Source of the DNA: Centroscyllium fabricii
Lineage: Eukaryota
Assembly: GCA_051313645.2 (NCBI GenBank)
Contig: JBNRSN020000009.1
Coordinates: 65,224,001-65,288,000 of the forward strand
DNA length: 64,000 nucleotides
Reading direction: 5' to 3'
In this document: positions 11,960 through 26,211 of the stretch, in pieces
How positions within the stretch are numbered: the stretch's first letter is position 1
Layout of the letters: each line of letters starts with the position of its first letter
Program-made: the position numbers and the translations under genes
The notes under the pieces: model-generated
What the model saw: the letters and a program-made list of their open reading frames with translations, nothing else
Databases searched by the model: none
What the model was told of the DNA's origin: nothing

Positions 11960-13999
11960 TAGTGGATGCATTGATTGTAATCTTCCAAAATTCCCTGGAC
12001 TCTGGAAAGGTCCCAGCGGATTGGAAAACCACAAATGTAATGCCCATATTCAAGAAAGGAGGGAGACAGAAAGCAGGAAACTATAGGCCAGTTCGCCTAA
12101 CATCTATCATTGGGAAAATACTGGAATTCATTATCAAAGAAGTAGCAGCAGGACATTTAGAAAATCATCAATAAAACCATGTTGACTCTGCTTGATTGTA
12201 TGAAAGGGAAATAGTGTTTGACAAATTTATTAGAGTTCTTTGAGGATGTAACGAGCAGGGTGGATAAAAGGAAACCAGTAGATGTGGTGTATTTGGATTT
12301 CCAAAAGTCATTGATAAGGTGCCACATAAAAGGTTACTGCACAAGCTAAGAACTCATGGTGTTGGGAGCAATAAAATAGCATGGATAGAGGATTGGCGTA
12401 CAGAAAGTCAGGATAAATGGGTTATTTTCAGGTTGGCAAACTGTAACTAGTGGGGTGCCGCAGGGATCAGTGCTGGTGCCTCAACTATTTACAATCTAAT
12501 TAATGACTTGGATGAAGGGACCGAGTGTACTTTAGCCAAATTTGCTGACGATACAAAGATAGGTGGAAAAGCAAGTTGTGAGGAGGACACAAAGAGTCTG
12601 CAAAGGGATATAGATAGGTTAAGTGAGTGGGCAAAAATTCGGCAGATGCAGTATACTTTGGGAAAATGCAAGGTTATCCACTTTGGTAGAACGAATAGAA
12701 AAGCAAAATATTATTTAAATGGAGAGACTACAGAATTTTGCGGTACAGAGGGATCTAGGTGTCCTCATACATGAAACACAAAAGGTTAGCATGCAATAGA
12801 AGGCTAATGGAATGTTGGCCTTTAATGCAAGGGGGATGGAGTACAAAAGTAGGGAAGTCTTGCGACAGCTGTACATCGGTGAGATCACACCTGGAGTACT
12901 GTGTGCAGTTTTGGTCTCCTTATTTAAAGGAGGGATACACTTGCATTGGAGGCAATTCAGAAACGGTTCAATTGGCTGATTCCTGGGATGAAGAGGTTGT
13001 CTTATGAGGGAACGTTGAGCAGGATGGACCTATATTCATTGGAGTTTAGAAGAACAAGGTGATCTTATAAAAACATAAGATTCTGAGGGGGTTTGACAGG
13101 GTGGATGCCGAGATGTTTCCCCTAGTGGGGGTATCTAGAACTAGGGGCATAGTTTCAGAATAAGGGGTTGCCCATTTAAGACAGAGATGAGGAGGAATTT
13201 CTTCTCAGAGGGTCATGAGTCCTTGGAATTCTCTACCCGAGAGAGCTATGGAGGCTGAGTCATTGAATATATTTACAGCTGAGATAGACAGATTTTTGAA
13301 CTGCAGGGGAGTCAAAAGTTATGGGGAACAGGTAGAAAAGTGGAGTTGAGGCCAAGATCAGATCAGCCATGATCTTATTGAATGGCAGAGCAGGCTCGAG
13401 GTGCTGAATGGCCTACTCCTGCTCCTATTTCTTATGTTCTTATGATCCTCCGATTCCCTGCAAGTAACTGCAAGGGAGCTCTGCTATTATATATAATTGT
13501 TGGAAAATGCAATGAATAAGTACTCCAGTGGTTTCTTCAGTTAAAAAGATCAAACCCAATATAAAGGTTCATTATATGCAACTGATTCATCAAAACAGGA
13601 CTCAAAGTAGTTTTCATTCACAATATGTGCACTTTAAAAAAGTACATGGGATACAAAATCCACATATTTTAAACAAAAGTAATCATTACATGCAGAAGAA
13701 AATGGGACTTGTCTTTTAATGTACTATTTTCTTGTGCATCTTCGATACAGCAGTAATTCCACCAAATGGACTAAGTGACCTGGGAAAAATCTACAGAATG
13801 CTTCATCCCACAAATGTGAATACTTCCACACGTAGTGCCAACAGTTTGCCTGTATGCTGAAGTGTTCCATTTCCACAAATTCCAAAGTGCCCACTTTCGT
13901 ACCATTTGGGTCATTTCTGACACCATAAACTGTAATTCAGTGCCTCTAACTATTTCTGAAACTTAAGCAGTGCGCTCTGGGGCTGGTATAAAGAGGAAA

Positions 14000-14150
14000 A
14001 ATACAACACATTACTATTGTTATGCAGGCAAATGCAGCAGCCAAATTGTGCACAACAATGGCCCACAATCAACGACAAGATAATGACCAGTTAATCTGAT
14101 TTTGTAGCGTGGATTGAAGCACGAATATTAGCTGGAATACCAGGGCACTT
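14000..14150 (-). mobile_element. DeuSINE fragment
   Basis: gcagccaaattgtgcacaacaatggcccaca...gataatgaccag is the reverse complement of the Deu domain seen near 24400. Confidence 0.55.
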
Positions 14151-14498
14151 ACCCAAGATGGATATCTTGCTGACAAAACAAGAGAATTTCTATTACATTT
14201 TGGATTCTGCCACACTACTCACATCTAGCTCCATTTTCCACTTTGACTGCCATTTCTACCCCCACCCCTCCTAGTAGTTCATGCATTATACCCAGTAAAT
14301 TTCCCGACAGGTTTTGTCGAGCTGATTTCTCATATATTTCACCTTGGGTGGTCACATTTGTTTATTTTGCATTTATAATCCTCAGTATTTATTTATCATG
14401 CATAGTCAGTATATGCCCTTAAAGGTATTTGATTTGTCTTCAACTTTCATTTCAGTCAGTACTAACCCTCAGGTCATTCCCTAGAGGTCAAAGGCATT

Positions 14499-17400
14499 GG
14501 CCCGTAATTTGCAGTCAGCGGCAAAGCAAGGGCACTTGTTGCTGGCCCCTAAGTAAGCTGTCCACAGAGATCTCGTGATCTGTGGCGAGAAGTTTGTCTT
14601 TTTCGACATTCAGTTGATTTCAGGACTCTGTAATGGAAATCCCTAGTGCGATCTGCTGTGCTGTCAAACAAGCTGCCTAAGCAGCCAATCATATTGTAGA
14701 ATTCTCAAGAGGGGAAAACACAAAATGAGCTGTTTTCATCCGGACTTTTTAAAAAATGTTAAGAGAACGAAATAAATATTGTGACTCTCACATGGGGATA
14801 TGGCAGAAGCTGAAATATCATGAACATTTTTTAAAGTTTTTTTTTTAATTGTCATTTTTTATTATAATGTAGAAATAGGACACTCCACAAATATAACAAA
14901 TAGTTTTTCAGGGCCATAATGGTTGTTTAGCAGTCAATACTAGGGTTGCGAAGGGGTGGAAAGTTTCCAGTAAATTTCCAGAAATTTCCCGCGGAAAGTT
15001 TAGCTTTTGAATTTTGCCCAAAAAAGCACATGCTAGCATAATATTGTTTTTTTTTTTAATTTATTTCATTTTTTTCCCTGCAGGTCCTCTCTTAAAATGA
15101 CTAACAGAGATGGAATCTTAATTATTAAGAAATGTCTTAATATATGTTTATCTTCTTACTTGGCTTGTTTTAATAATTACAAGTTGTGGGTGTGTGTGTG
15201 ACTGTGAACAAATGTGTCCTGATTGGTTGGATGAGCGATTAGCTCCCTCTATTGGTGATATAGCATTGTGCGTGCACGGGTCATGCTTCCACCACATGGA
15301 GTATCAGGAAACATTTACTCACCCTGTTGCAATCGTGCTGATTAACCGCAGTTCGGCACAGAGATGAATGTCCTTTATTTCTCTGCCTAGAACAATGCCA
15401 TGTTTACTGTCGGATGTGTGGAAGCATTTTACCCCAGGTATTAAAGATGGAAAGACTGCGTACATGCGCAAACACTGTACAAAGCCATATGAAAAGAATG
15501 CCACAAAGATGCAGCAGCACTTATCGAAATGCAACAACTTCACTCAAAGCTCACAGCAGTCAGCCCAGAATTCCTCTGCTTCCATTCAAGGTGGTGATTG
15601 TTCAAATTCAGCATCAGGCTCATCATCAGCACCTCCTGGCCCATTTGGAAGGCTCTTTGATACAATGGATAACCATAGCCAGAAGAATGCAGATGAGTGC
15701 CTTGCTCGAGCTGTATATGCAACAGGCTCACCCCTCATGCTCACAGCCAATGTGTACTGGAAGAAATATTTCAATGTTATTCGCCATGCATACTGTCCTC
15801 CCACCAGACATGCCTTGTCTACCTATTTGCTGGAGGCTGAATATAACAGAGTCCAAAGAAAGCTCAAAGAAATGATAGAGATGGCAGTCTGTGTTGCAGT
15901 TATCCCAGATGGGTGGTCAAATGTATGAGGGGAGGGCATCATAAACTACATCGTCTCCACTCCTCTCCGTGTTCTTCACACCTCTCCCAGTATTCTTCAA
16001 GAGCACAGACACGAAGGACAACAGACACAGGCACATACATTGTTGATGAGCTGAAAGCCGTCATCAACGATCTTGGATCATAAAGGTCTTTGCAGTAGTT
16101 ACTGACTATGCTGCGAATATGAAATGAAGGCTGCTTGGGCTCAAGTGAAGGAGGCCTACCCTCATATTATGTCTATTGGGTGCGCAGCTCATGGGCTTAA
16201 CCTGCTCCTCAAGGACATCATGGGTTTGAGAACCATGGAAGCACTGTACAAGAGAGCCAAGCAAGTTGTTAAGTATGTCGGGGGGGAAAACAGGTAGTTG
16301 CAGCAACCTACAACTCCAAGCAAACAACAAAGAACAAGAACACCACACTGAAGCTGTCCAACAACACTAGATGGGGTGGCGTTGTCATAATGTACAACAG
16401 CCTTCTGGAAGGTAAGGAGTCGCTGCAAGAAATGGCAATATCCCAGTCTGGGGATGTGGAAACCACCATCAAGAAAATACCGCTGGATGATGTGTTTTGG
16501 AAGAGTGGTTAGCAGCCTTAAACTACTCTCACCAGTAGCATCTGCAATTGCTCAGATTGAAGGAGATGACGCTGTCTTGTCAGGTGTTCAGGCTTTTTGC
16601 TGATTTAGAAGAATAAATCAGCATTGCCCTACCCACATCCCTGCTGCTCAAAGCAGAGGAGAAGGCAGTTGTTCAATTCATAGACGCGTCAAGAATTGTG
16701 TCAAGCCGATTCATGCTGCAGCATACATGTTGGACCCAAAGCATGTTGGAAGATACTTTCTGGAGAACAGATCAACAGCGTTTACAGTATGATTTCTACC
16801 CTCTCACACCATCTCAATCTGGATGTGGGCAAAGTTCTGGGAAGTCTGGCAAAGTTCTCTACCAAGCAAGGTCTTTGGAATGGGGACGGGATATGGAAAT
16901 CATGCAAGCATATCAGTGCACATACCTGGTGGAAGGGACTTTGTGTATCTGAGGCCCTGTCACCCATTGCATCAGTGATACTCCAAATCCCACCTTCATC
17001 AGCGGCCTCTGAGTGAAACTGGTCACTTTTTCGGAATACACATACAAAGGTGCGCAACAGGCTGACTAACAAGAGAGTGGAGAAACTGGTGGCTATCCAG
17101 GCGAACCTACAACTTATTGAGCCAGATACAGAATTGTCAACCACACAGCTAGACAGTGACACAGAGGAGGAAATGGGCACGCTGAAGCCAGGGAATCAGT
17201 AGGAGCAATGATGAGTAGAAGACTCAAAAGGGACAAAATAAGTACAAATTACAGGCTAAATAGGTTGACGCTCTTTTTATTTTATTTCAGATGGGTCTTT
17301 TTTGTGGGGGTTCAATAAAGTTCAAAATTATAACCTAAATAAAGTTTTGAAAGCCTGTTTTTATTTGTATGGAACAGTATGTCTATTTTGATGACAAGAT

Positions 17401-17825
17401 AATATAAGGGTCAGAGACAAAAACCATCAGTGTGCAAAAAAAACACTAAATTCCCAAAAATTCCCATGGAAAGTTTCTTCTTTTAAAAATTCCCAGAATT
17501 GTGCAGCCCCAGTCAATACGCTCTTAAAATTCTAGTTGTACCTAATCCAACAAGGCCTAACATTTAGTGGGTAATTAACAGCGCTATTACTGTGGAAAAG
17601 CCCATGTTTTCGTTACTTTCACTGATTGCCAGCTTTTTTGGGGGGGGGGGGGGGGGCGGGGGAGAAGCCACAGCGCAGCCAGTGTCGCAGCAGTGAATGA
17701 ATGACAGCAACTTCAGGATTTGTGTGTTTAGATGCACTAAATTTGAAAGTTGCGGTCAGTTTCAGCGGGGTAATGACGCTGAACGCTGTTACTTTGCCAT
17801 CATTACCCACCACAATTTCTAAGCC
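14499..17825. mobile_element. Old non-autonomous DNA transposon (3-bp ATT TSD) split by the hAT insertion
   Basis: att|GGCCCGTAATTTG...CAATTTCTAAGCC|att; partly similar to sequence at about 250-590. Confidence 0.5.
14941..17511 (+). mobile_element. hAT DNA transposon, full length, transposase pseudogene
   Basis: 8-bp TSD GTCAATAC at 14933-14940 and 17512-17519. Ends TAGGGTTGC / GCAGCCCCA with subterminal GGAAA/TTTCC repeats. BED-finger-like VWKHF..C..KNATKMQQHLSKC, DGWSN, CAAHGLNL, and dimerisation motif WW..LSPIASVILQIPPSSAASE. Contains stops and frameshifts. Confidence 0.93.
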
Positions 17826-18211
17826 ATTGAATCATCCCAGATGAGTACATTTGATCATTTTAAGATTGCTGTCGTCCAGGGGCCACAACATCATTCAAAG
17901 TATACCATCGTTTGGGTTTCTGCTTTTTAGTCATCGGCAGGTTGAGATGGGAGTCGCCACTCATGGCATCCCTAATGCACTGGGTCAGAAAGCAGTCATG
18001 CATCAGACTCCTGTTATTGAGGTGTTCGGACAACAGCGCCAAGAAGCCGAGTGGTGGCAGTTTGGAGAACTACCTCCACTGACTAACTCTGCCACCACGG
18101 GAGACTCGGAAACATTTCCGGTTATTGAGGTATTGTTTTCGGAGTATGAATTTTGCCGGTTAATCGAGAATTCCGGATATTTAGGTGCCGTTTAAATGAG
18201 AGTTCCCTGTA

Positions 18212-18577
18212 CAGGTTGCGCACCGGTAATCCGACACCCGATGGTCCGGCAGCTTCAGTGGTTCGGCACAAATCGAAACCGGCGCTCTTCATTTCGCGGA
18301 GCAGCCGCTTGGTGGCTCCAGCGTTTTCCAGGAAGGGTGAGTGAGCGCCGAAGACGTTGGGCGTTTGGGTTTCTGCTTTTTCGTGTTCTATCCACGGGCT
18401 CCCTCCCGGGGAGTGTTCTACCGCGTGCTCCGGGCCCCGGGGAGTGTACTACCGCGTGCTCCGGGGAAGTGTTCTAATGCGCGCTCCGGGCCCCGGGTTG
18501 TGTTCTACCGCGCGTTCCCCCCAAACCTTAAGTGGTTCGGAATTCCCGAGGGTGCCAGGTTACCGGTGCTCAACCTG
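18212..18577. mobile_element. pogo/Tigger-like MITE with internal tandem repeats
   Basis: TA|CAGGTTGCGCACCGGTAA...TTACCGGTGCTCAACCTG|TA; internal gtgttctaccgcgtgctccggg repeats. Confidence 0.85.
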
Positions 18578-19484
18578 TACTAGCTTGGCTACCATTTGGC
18601 CATTTCCATTTTAAATTTGTTAACTACCTCATCAGAATGAGCTGTTTGCACACAACTTCTGACTTTTTCATATAACCTCTGAGAATTAGAGAAAACTAAG
18701 GGAGTTATCTTTGCTTCCTTTGCACTCCATACTTCTATCCAGAATAACTCATCGAGAGACTTATCCTGAGCCAATGGATCCACTTTTAACCTCCCACGTA
18801 CCATACATGGGGGAATCCAGAACTCTCCGCTATTTCCCTTCCCTTCTAGTGCCTGCTCTTGCTGAACATTCTAGATTGTTACATGATGTACTCGATCTTA
18901 ACCATGTTTGCAATTCCTATTGTATTTTAGTTTCTATTATACAGAGTTCAGTTATCAAACCTATCCATTAAAATATTCTTTTTATTAATCTTTCTGCTAA
19001 TGAGGTCATTGTGTGAAAAGCTGCTCTAATTTTAAGATTGAACCCCATTATTCTGGATGCCCGAATAAATAGTTTCTCTGCATCTCCATCAAATCATTTT
19101 ATCATTTTCAACACAATTAGATCACCCCCTCATCCTTCTAAGCTCAAGGGAATGCAACCCAAGTTGATGCAATCTGTCCTCATAATTTAACCCTTCCTAC
19201 ATTAAACAAAACTTATATCTTCCCTCCCTTTTCAATTTTTCCATTCAATCTCATAGCTGAAAAGTAACACCTTTCATGAATCTCAGTTGCAGAGGTAAAT
19301 CAGGCTGTCTCTATCCGCAATTATGGAATTGCTCATAAGTAATAGGTTTCGGTTCTCATGGATATCGTCATTCCTCTGAATAAACCCTTGCTCCAGTGTC
19401 GGTGTGTTGTTTGATTACTCTTCCCTATCGATCATATCCTTGGTCTCATCACAGGTATCAAGAGCTGGATGTCTATTGGACATA

Positions 19485-19567
19485 AGGTTTTCCTATACTG
19501 GTCCAGAACCACAGGTTTTCCTATACTGGTCCAGAACCACAGGTTTTCCGATACTGGTCCAGAACCA
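19485..19567. repeat. 28-bp tandem repeat, 3 copies
   Basis: aggttttcctatactggtccagaaccac three times, one substitution, last copy one base short. Confidence 0.9.
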
Positions 19568-20049
19568 GAGATTTAGAAAAACTATTTTCAAACTATGAAA
19601 GTTTTTGCCAGCACAACAGTAATTCACCTCAAGCAAGGAACTTTGAGATAGATAGATCAATGTGATTAGGTGCTATATAAAAGAAAATCACCACTAAAAT
19701 TCTAAAAATATCTTTTAAAGTTTATTCCAAGATTATGAATAAATAAATGTAAACACTAATTTCAAAAAATATATAAATAATTTATGTAATTATTTATAAA
19801 ACTGAAAAGGAACATGCAATTTTAGTTTTCACATGACAAAATGCCATGAATCAAGCACGAAGAGGAAGCAAACAGGAAGATGCGGCTGTATTTACCCATG
19901 ACAACTACTGGAATAGATGCAATACACAGCAGTATCTTCAGATTATTTTACACCTTGCTAGCCTGGATACAATATTAAGCTGAATTTACAACAGGTGAAA
20001 ACCGCATTCAAAGATTACAAAAACAGGTTTGTAAACAAAATAAACCCCA

Positions 20050-20500
20050 GATAGACCACACCTGAAGTATTGTGAGCAGTTCTGGGCACTACACATTAGG
20101 AAGGATATAATGGCCTTGGAGGGAGAACAGCATTAATTTACCAGAATGATAACTGGACTCCAAGGGTTAAATTCCAAGGAGAGTACAAAATCTAGGGTTG
20201 TATTCCCTGGAATTTAAAGGTGATTTGATTGAAGTTTTCAAGATCTTAAGATTAACTGATAGGATAGAGATGAAACATTTCCGCTGGTTGGGGAGTCTAG
20301 GACTGGAGGGCAAAGTTTAAAAATTAGAGCCAGGCCTTTCAGGAGTAAAGTTAGTAAACACATCTACGCACAAAGGGTGGTTGAAATTTGGAACACTCTT
20401 CCGCAAATGGCAATTGATGCTAGATTGTTAATTTAAAATGGGAGATCGATAGACTTTTGGTCATCAAAGGGATATGGGGCAAAGGCAGGTATTTATGGGT
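20050..20500 (+). mobile_element. CR1 3' fragment
   Basis: agaccacacctgaagtattgtgagcagttctgg...agggtggttgaaatttggaacactct. Confidence 0.8.
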
Positions 20501-23500
20501 TTTTATGGGATGAGGGCATCGCTGGCAAGGCCATCCCTAATTGCCCTCAAGGTGGTGGTGAGCCGCCTTCTTAAACCGCTGCAGTCCGTGTGGTGAAGGT
20601 ACTCCCACAGTGCTGTTACACAGGGAGTACCAGAATTTTGACCCAGCGACGATGAAGGATCGGCAACATAGTCAGGATGGTGTGTGATGGTGGGGAACTT
20701 GGAGGTGATGGTGTGCCCATGTGCCTGCTGCCCTTGTCCTTCTAGGTGGAAGAGGTTGCAAGTTTGGGAGGTGCTACCGAAGAAGCCTGGGGAGTTGTAG
20801 ATGGTACACACTGCAGCCACGATACACCGGTGGTGGAGTGAATGTTTAAGGTGGTGGATGGGGTGCCAATCAAGTGGGTTGCTTTGTCCTGGATGGTGTC
20901 CATCACACTCCTTACTTGTGCCTTGTAGATGGTGGAAAGGCTTTGGGGAGTCAGGAGGGGAGACTCTCACCGCAGAATTCCCAGCCTCTGGCCTGCTCTT
21001 GTTGCCACAGTATTTATGTGGCTAGTCCAGTTAAGTTTCTGGTCAATGTTGGCCCCCAGGATGTTGCTGGTGGGGGATTCAGCAATGGCAATGCGGTTGA
21101 ATGTCAAGGGGCAGTGGTTAGACTCTTGCTTGTTGGAGGTAGTCATTGCCTGGCACTTCTGTAGCATGAATGTTACCTGCCACTTATCAGCCCAAGCCTG
21201 AATGTCCAGATCTTGTTGCATACGGGCATGGACTGCTTCATTATTTGAGGAGTTGTGAATGGCACTGAATACTCTGCAGTCAACAGCAAACACCCTGACC
21301 TTGTGTTGGAGGGAAGGTCAATATTAAAGCAGTTAAAGATGGTTGGGCCTAGGACACTGCCCTGAGGAACTCCTGCAGCGACGTCCTGGGACTGTGATGA
21401 TTGACTTTCAAACACAACCATCTTCCTTTGTGCTAGTTATGACTCCAGCCAGTGGAGAGTTCTCCCCCCCTGCCACCCCCCCCCCCCCCGATTCCCATTG
21501 ACTTCAGTTTTACTCGAGCTCCTTGATACCACACTCGGTCAAATGCTGCCTTGATGTCAAGTGCAGTCACTCTCACCTCACCTCTGGAATTCAGCTCCTT
21601 TGTCCATGTTTGGACCAAGACTGTAATGAGGTCGGGAGCCGAGTGATCTTGGCAGAACCCAAACTGGGCATCAGTGAACAGGTTATTGGTGAGTAAGTGC
21701 TGCTTGATAGCACTGTCGATGTCACCTTCCATCACTTTGCTGATGAGAGAGCAGGCTGATGGGGCGGTAATTGGCTGGATTGGATTTGTTCTGCTTTTTG
21801 TGGACAGGACATATCTGGGCAGTTTTTCACCTTGTCGGACTAATGCCAGCATTTTAGCTGTACTGGAACAGCTTGGCTAGAGGCACGTCTAGTTCTGGAG
21901 CCCAAGTCCTCAGCACGACAGATGGGATGTTGTCGGGACCCACAGCCTTTGCTGTATCCAGTGTGTTCAGCCATTTCCTGATATCACGTGGAGTGAATCG
22001 AATTGGCTGAAGCCTGGCTTCTGTGATGGTGGGGACCTCAGGAGGAGGCCGACATGAATCATCCACTTGGCACTTCTGGCTGAAGATGGTTGCAAATGCT
22101 TCAACCTTGTCTTTTGCACGCACGTGCTGGGCTCCACATGATTGAGGATGGGGATATTCATGGAGCCTCCTCCTCCCATTAGTTGTTTAATGGTCCACCA
22201 CCATTCACAACTGGATGTGGCAGGACTGCAGAGCTTTGATCTGATCCATTGATTGTGGGATATCTCAGCCCTGTCTATAGCATGCTGCTTCCGCTTTTTA
22301 GCATGCATGTAGTCCTGTGTTGCAGCTTCCCAGGTTTGCACCTCATTTTTAGGTATGCCTGGTGTTGCTCCTGGCATGCTCTTCTACACTAGAAAACGCT
22401 GGAAAAACTGAGAGACATGTCTCTTAATCTCTCCTGCTTTCTATCCTGTCGCTGACCTTCCCTTTTGTTCTTTCACCCCCTCCCAGTTTCCCCAGCCCCT
22501 ACTTGCTTTAAAATCTATCCCCTTTCCTGTTTTTTCCCAGTTCTGACGAAGGGTCTTCGACTTGAAACGTTAACTGTTTCTCTCTCCACGGATGTTGCCT
22601 GGCGTGCTGAGTTTTTCCAGCATTTTCTGTTGTTATTTCGGATTTCCAGCATCCACAGTATTTTGCTATCATGCTCTTCTACACTCCTTATTGAGCCAGG
22701 TTTGATCCCCTGGCTTGATGGTAATGGTAGAATGAGTGATACGAGGTTAGATTGTGGTGGAACACAATTCTGCTGCGGCTGATGGCCCACAGCGTCTCGT
22801 GGGTGCCTAGTTTTGAGCTGCTAGATCTGTTCTGAATCTATCCCATTTTGCAGTGTTGGTGCCACACAACACGATGGAGGGTGTCCTCAGTATGAAAACA
22901 AGAATTCTAGTCTCCAGTGCAGTGGTCACTGCCACCAATACTGTCATGGACAGATGCATCTGCAACAGGTAGATTAGCGAGGACGAGGTCAAGTAGGTTG
23001 TTCTCCTCATATTGGTTCTCTCGCCACCTGTCACAGGCCCAGACTAGCAGCTATGTCCTTCAGGACTTGACCAGCTCGGTCAGTAGTGGTGCTACCGAGC
23101 CACTCTTGGTGATGGACACTGAAGTCCTCCACCCAGAGTGCATTCTGTGCCCTTGCTACTCTCAGTGCTTCTTCAACATGGAGGAATACCTATTCATCAG
23201 CTGAGGGATGGCGGTAGGTGAAAATTAGCAGGTTTCCTTGCCCATGCTTGACGTGAAGCCATGAGACCTCATGTGGTCCAGTGTCAATGTTGAGGCACTC
23301 CTTCTCGACTGTTTACCACTGTGCTGCCACCCTTAGTAGGTCTGTCCTGCTGGTGGGACAGGACATACCCAGGGATGGTGACGGAGGAGTTTGGGACATT
23401 GGCTGAAAGGCATGATTCCGTGAGTGTGACTATGTCAGGCTAGTCTGTGAGACAACTCTCCCATTTTTGGCACAAGTCCCCAGATCTTGGTGAGGAGGAC

Positions 23501-23520
23501 TTTGCAGGGTCGACAGGGGT
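20500..23520 (-). mobile_element. CR1-group LINE of a distinct family, degenerate ORF2
   Basis: LDTAKAVGPDNIP, ALDIKAAFDRVW, GVPQGSVLGPTIF, QAWADKWQVTF. Confidence 0.85.
22391..22669 (+). mobile_element. Penelope-like insertion (family A) with inverted 5' piece, hammerhead motif and 16-bp TSD
   Basis: TSD catgctcttctacact at 22375-22390 and 22670-22685. The 5' piece agaaaacgctggaaaaact is the near reverse complement of internal agtttttccagcattttct. Hammerhead motif at 22538-22576. Confidence 0.8.
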
Positions 23521-23549
23521 GAGTGTACTATTGCCGTGTCTGTTAGCGA

Positions 23550-23825
23550 AGATGTTAACCTGAGTCCCTGACTATCCTCAGATGGCCATAAAAGATCTCA
23601 CTGCACTATTCGAAGGAAAGCAGGGAGTACTCCTCGGTGTCCTGACCAATTTTTATTCCTCTAACAACATCACTTAAAAAGATTGTCTGGTTATCAGATT
23701 GCTGTTTGTGGGACCTTGCTATATACAAATTACCTGCCATGTTTCCTACATTACAACAGTGACGACACTTCAAAAGTACTTTGTTGACTGTAGAGCGCTT
23801 TGGTTCATATTGAGGCCATGAAACT
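23550..23825 (+). mobile_element. DeuSINE (SacSINE1-like) fragment
   Basis: ctggttatcagattgctgtttgtgggaccttgct...ttacaacagtgacgacacttcaaaagtact. Confidence 0.75.
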
Positions 23826-24191
23826 TTTTTTGCAGAATGCACAACACATTACCTCAAATGTCTAAAAAAATTACTATATTCTGATTTACCCCCATTTTTG
23901 TTTTCTCTTTGCTCCTGCCCATTCGTTAATAATTAGAATTCCAGCCAGCAGCCATTCCCATGTAATAGCCCTTACATCCTGAAGTTATCAGCCAAAATTG
24001 TTCAAAAATGAATGGCTGCACAAGCAATTGTGCTCTGTAAATATCATAAATATACACTTTGAACCATTCCATACGTGTAAAAATCCAGTTACAATACTCT
24101 ACGATCTAGATATCTCCTGCACTGTAAGTTGGAAACCTAAATCTATCAACAGGTTTCAGAAATAATAGCATAAACGACACAATTCAGTCTG

Positions 24192-24550
24192 TGAGTCAGC
24201 TGTAATTCAGTGGTAGGGCTCGCGCCCGATTCAGAAGGTAACAGATTCAGGCCCATAACCTTGGCTGACACCCATCTTTCAGATGAGACATTAAACCGTG
24301 TCTGGCACCTCAGGTGCATGTAAAAGATCCCACAGCACTAGAAGTAGGAATTCTCCTGGCCAATATTTATCTCTCAACCAACACTAAAGAAAAATTATCT
24401 GGTCATTATCTCATAGCAGTTTGTGGGAGCTTGCTGTGCTCAAATTGGCTGTCACATTTCCGACACTACAACATAGTGACTACACTTCAAAAAGTACTTC
24501 ATTGGCTGCAAGCCCTGTGGGGTCATCCTGCTGTTGTGAAAGGCCATGTC
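24192..24550 (+). mobile_element. DeuSINE (SacSINE1-like) with tRNA-derived head
   Basis: Head tcagtggtag...cagaaggt..ttcaggccc; Deu domain tctggtcattatctcatagcagtttgtgggagcttgctgtg. Confidence 0.75.
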
Positions 24551-24589
24551 TTTTTCTGTGAAATAACTCTCATTGCACATTTTTCCACA

Positions 24590-25428
24590 GACCATGGCTC
24601 CAACACGATCATCAAGTTTGCGGACGACACCACGGTGGTTGGCCAGATCACCAACAACGATGAGTCAGCCTACAGGGATGAGATCCAGCGCCTTGTGGGA
24701 TGGTGTGCCGACAACAACCTGCCACTGAACACCAAGAAAACGAAGGCGATCATAGTGGACTTCCGGAGGACGGAAAGCAGAAGACACACCCCCATCTTCA
24801 TCCAAGGGGCTGAGGTGGAAAGGGTGTCCAGCTTCAAGTTCCTCAGGGTCCAGATCTCAGAAGACCTCTCCTGGTCACTAAACACCTCCTCTCTGATAAA
24901 GAAGGCCCAACAGCGCCTGTACTTCCTGAGGAAGCTGAAAAAGGCCAGGCTCTCATCAGACATCCTCACCAACTTCTACCGCTGCACAATCAAAACCATA
25001 CTGACAAGCTGCATCAGTCTGGTATGGAAATTGCACTATCTCGGACCTGAAGGACCTGCAGCGGGTAGTCAAAACTGCCCAACGAATCACCAGCACCCAG
25101 CTACCGTCAATTGAAAGCATCTACCTCAAACGCTGCCTACGGAGGTCTCTGAACATTATTAAAGACCCCACACACCCTAGCCACAGTCTGTTCGCCCCCC
25201 CTGCCCTCTGGGAGATGCTACAGATCAATTCGCACCCGCACTAGATTCAAGAACAGCTTCTTCCCCAGGGCTGTCAGCCTCAACTCCGGTACCTGCACAC
25301 CTGAAAATGTACTTCACTGTATGCAATTGCATGTAAATTATTTGCACTACTCTCGGGAGCGGCGAGTCTTCATCTCGTTGTATTGTACTAGTACTCTGCA
25401 ATGACAATAAAACTTGAATTGAATTGAA
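24590..25428 (+). mobile_element. Rex1/Babar LINE, 3' part
   Basis: IIKFADDTTVVG...YRDEIQRLVGWCADNNLPLNTKKTK...KKAQQRLYFLRKLKK; AATAAA plus TTGAA repeat tail. Confidence 0.88.
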
Positions 25429-25708
25429 CCAGTCCCAACAGCCTGAAGCCGAGATTTTGTGCATGTTAATCTGTGTCAGGACCAGTTAGTTCCACGGGCC
25501 TTGGCACGAGTATTTTAACCAACTAACCCTGCAATAAACCCCTCCAATTGAATGACAAGTTGTGCATCCAATCTGGGCTCCTAAGCGGTACCTGAAACAC
25601 CAAAAGACGATCAGGGCAAAAGAGAGGCAAGTTGGAGGGGGAGGGCGAATCTCCGCTAACAAGTTCGGCTGAACCTTCACGCTAACTCATGCAATTAAAA
25701 TATTTTGA

Positions 25709-26211
<503 letters not shown>

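Larger units (their letters stand above)
10352..13445 (+). mobile_element. CR1 LINE interrupted by a hAT-like element
   Basis: SPGPDG motif, GNYRPV, KFADDTK and CR1 3' tail; the sequence joins seamlessly across 10461-11959. Confidence 0.92.

Noticed and set aside
19260-19470. Possible LTR remnant (AATAAA, CA end, then GGTATCAAGAGC resembling a PBS)
   Set aside because: No second LTR, TSD or internal coding sequence, and the PBS lacks TGG; too weak to call.
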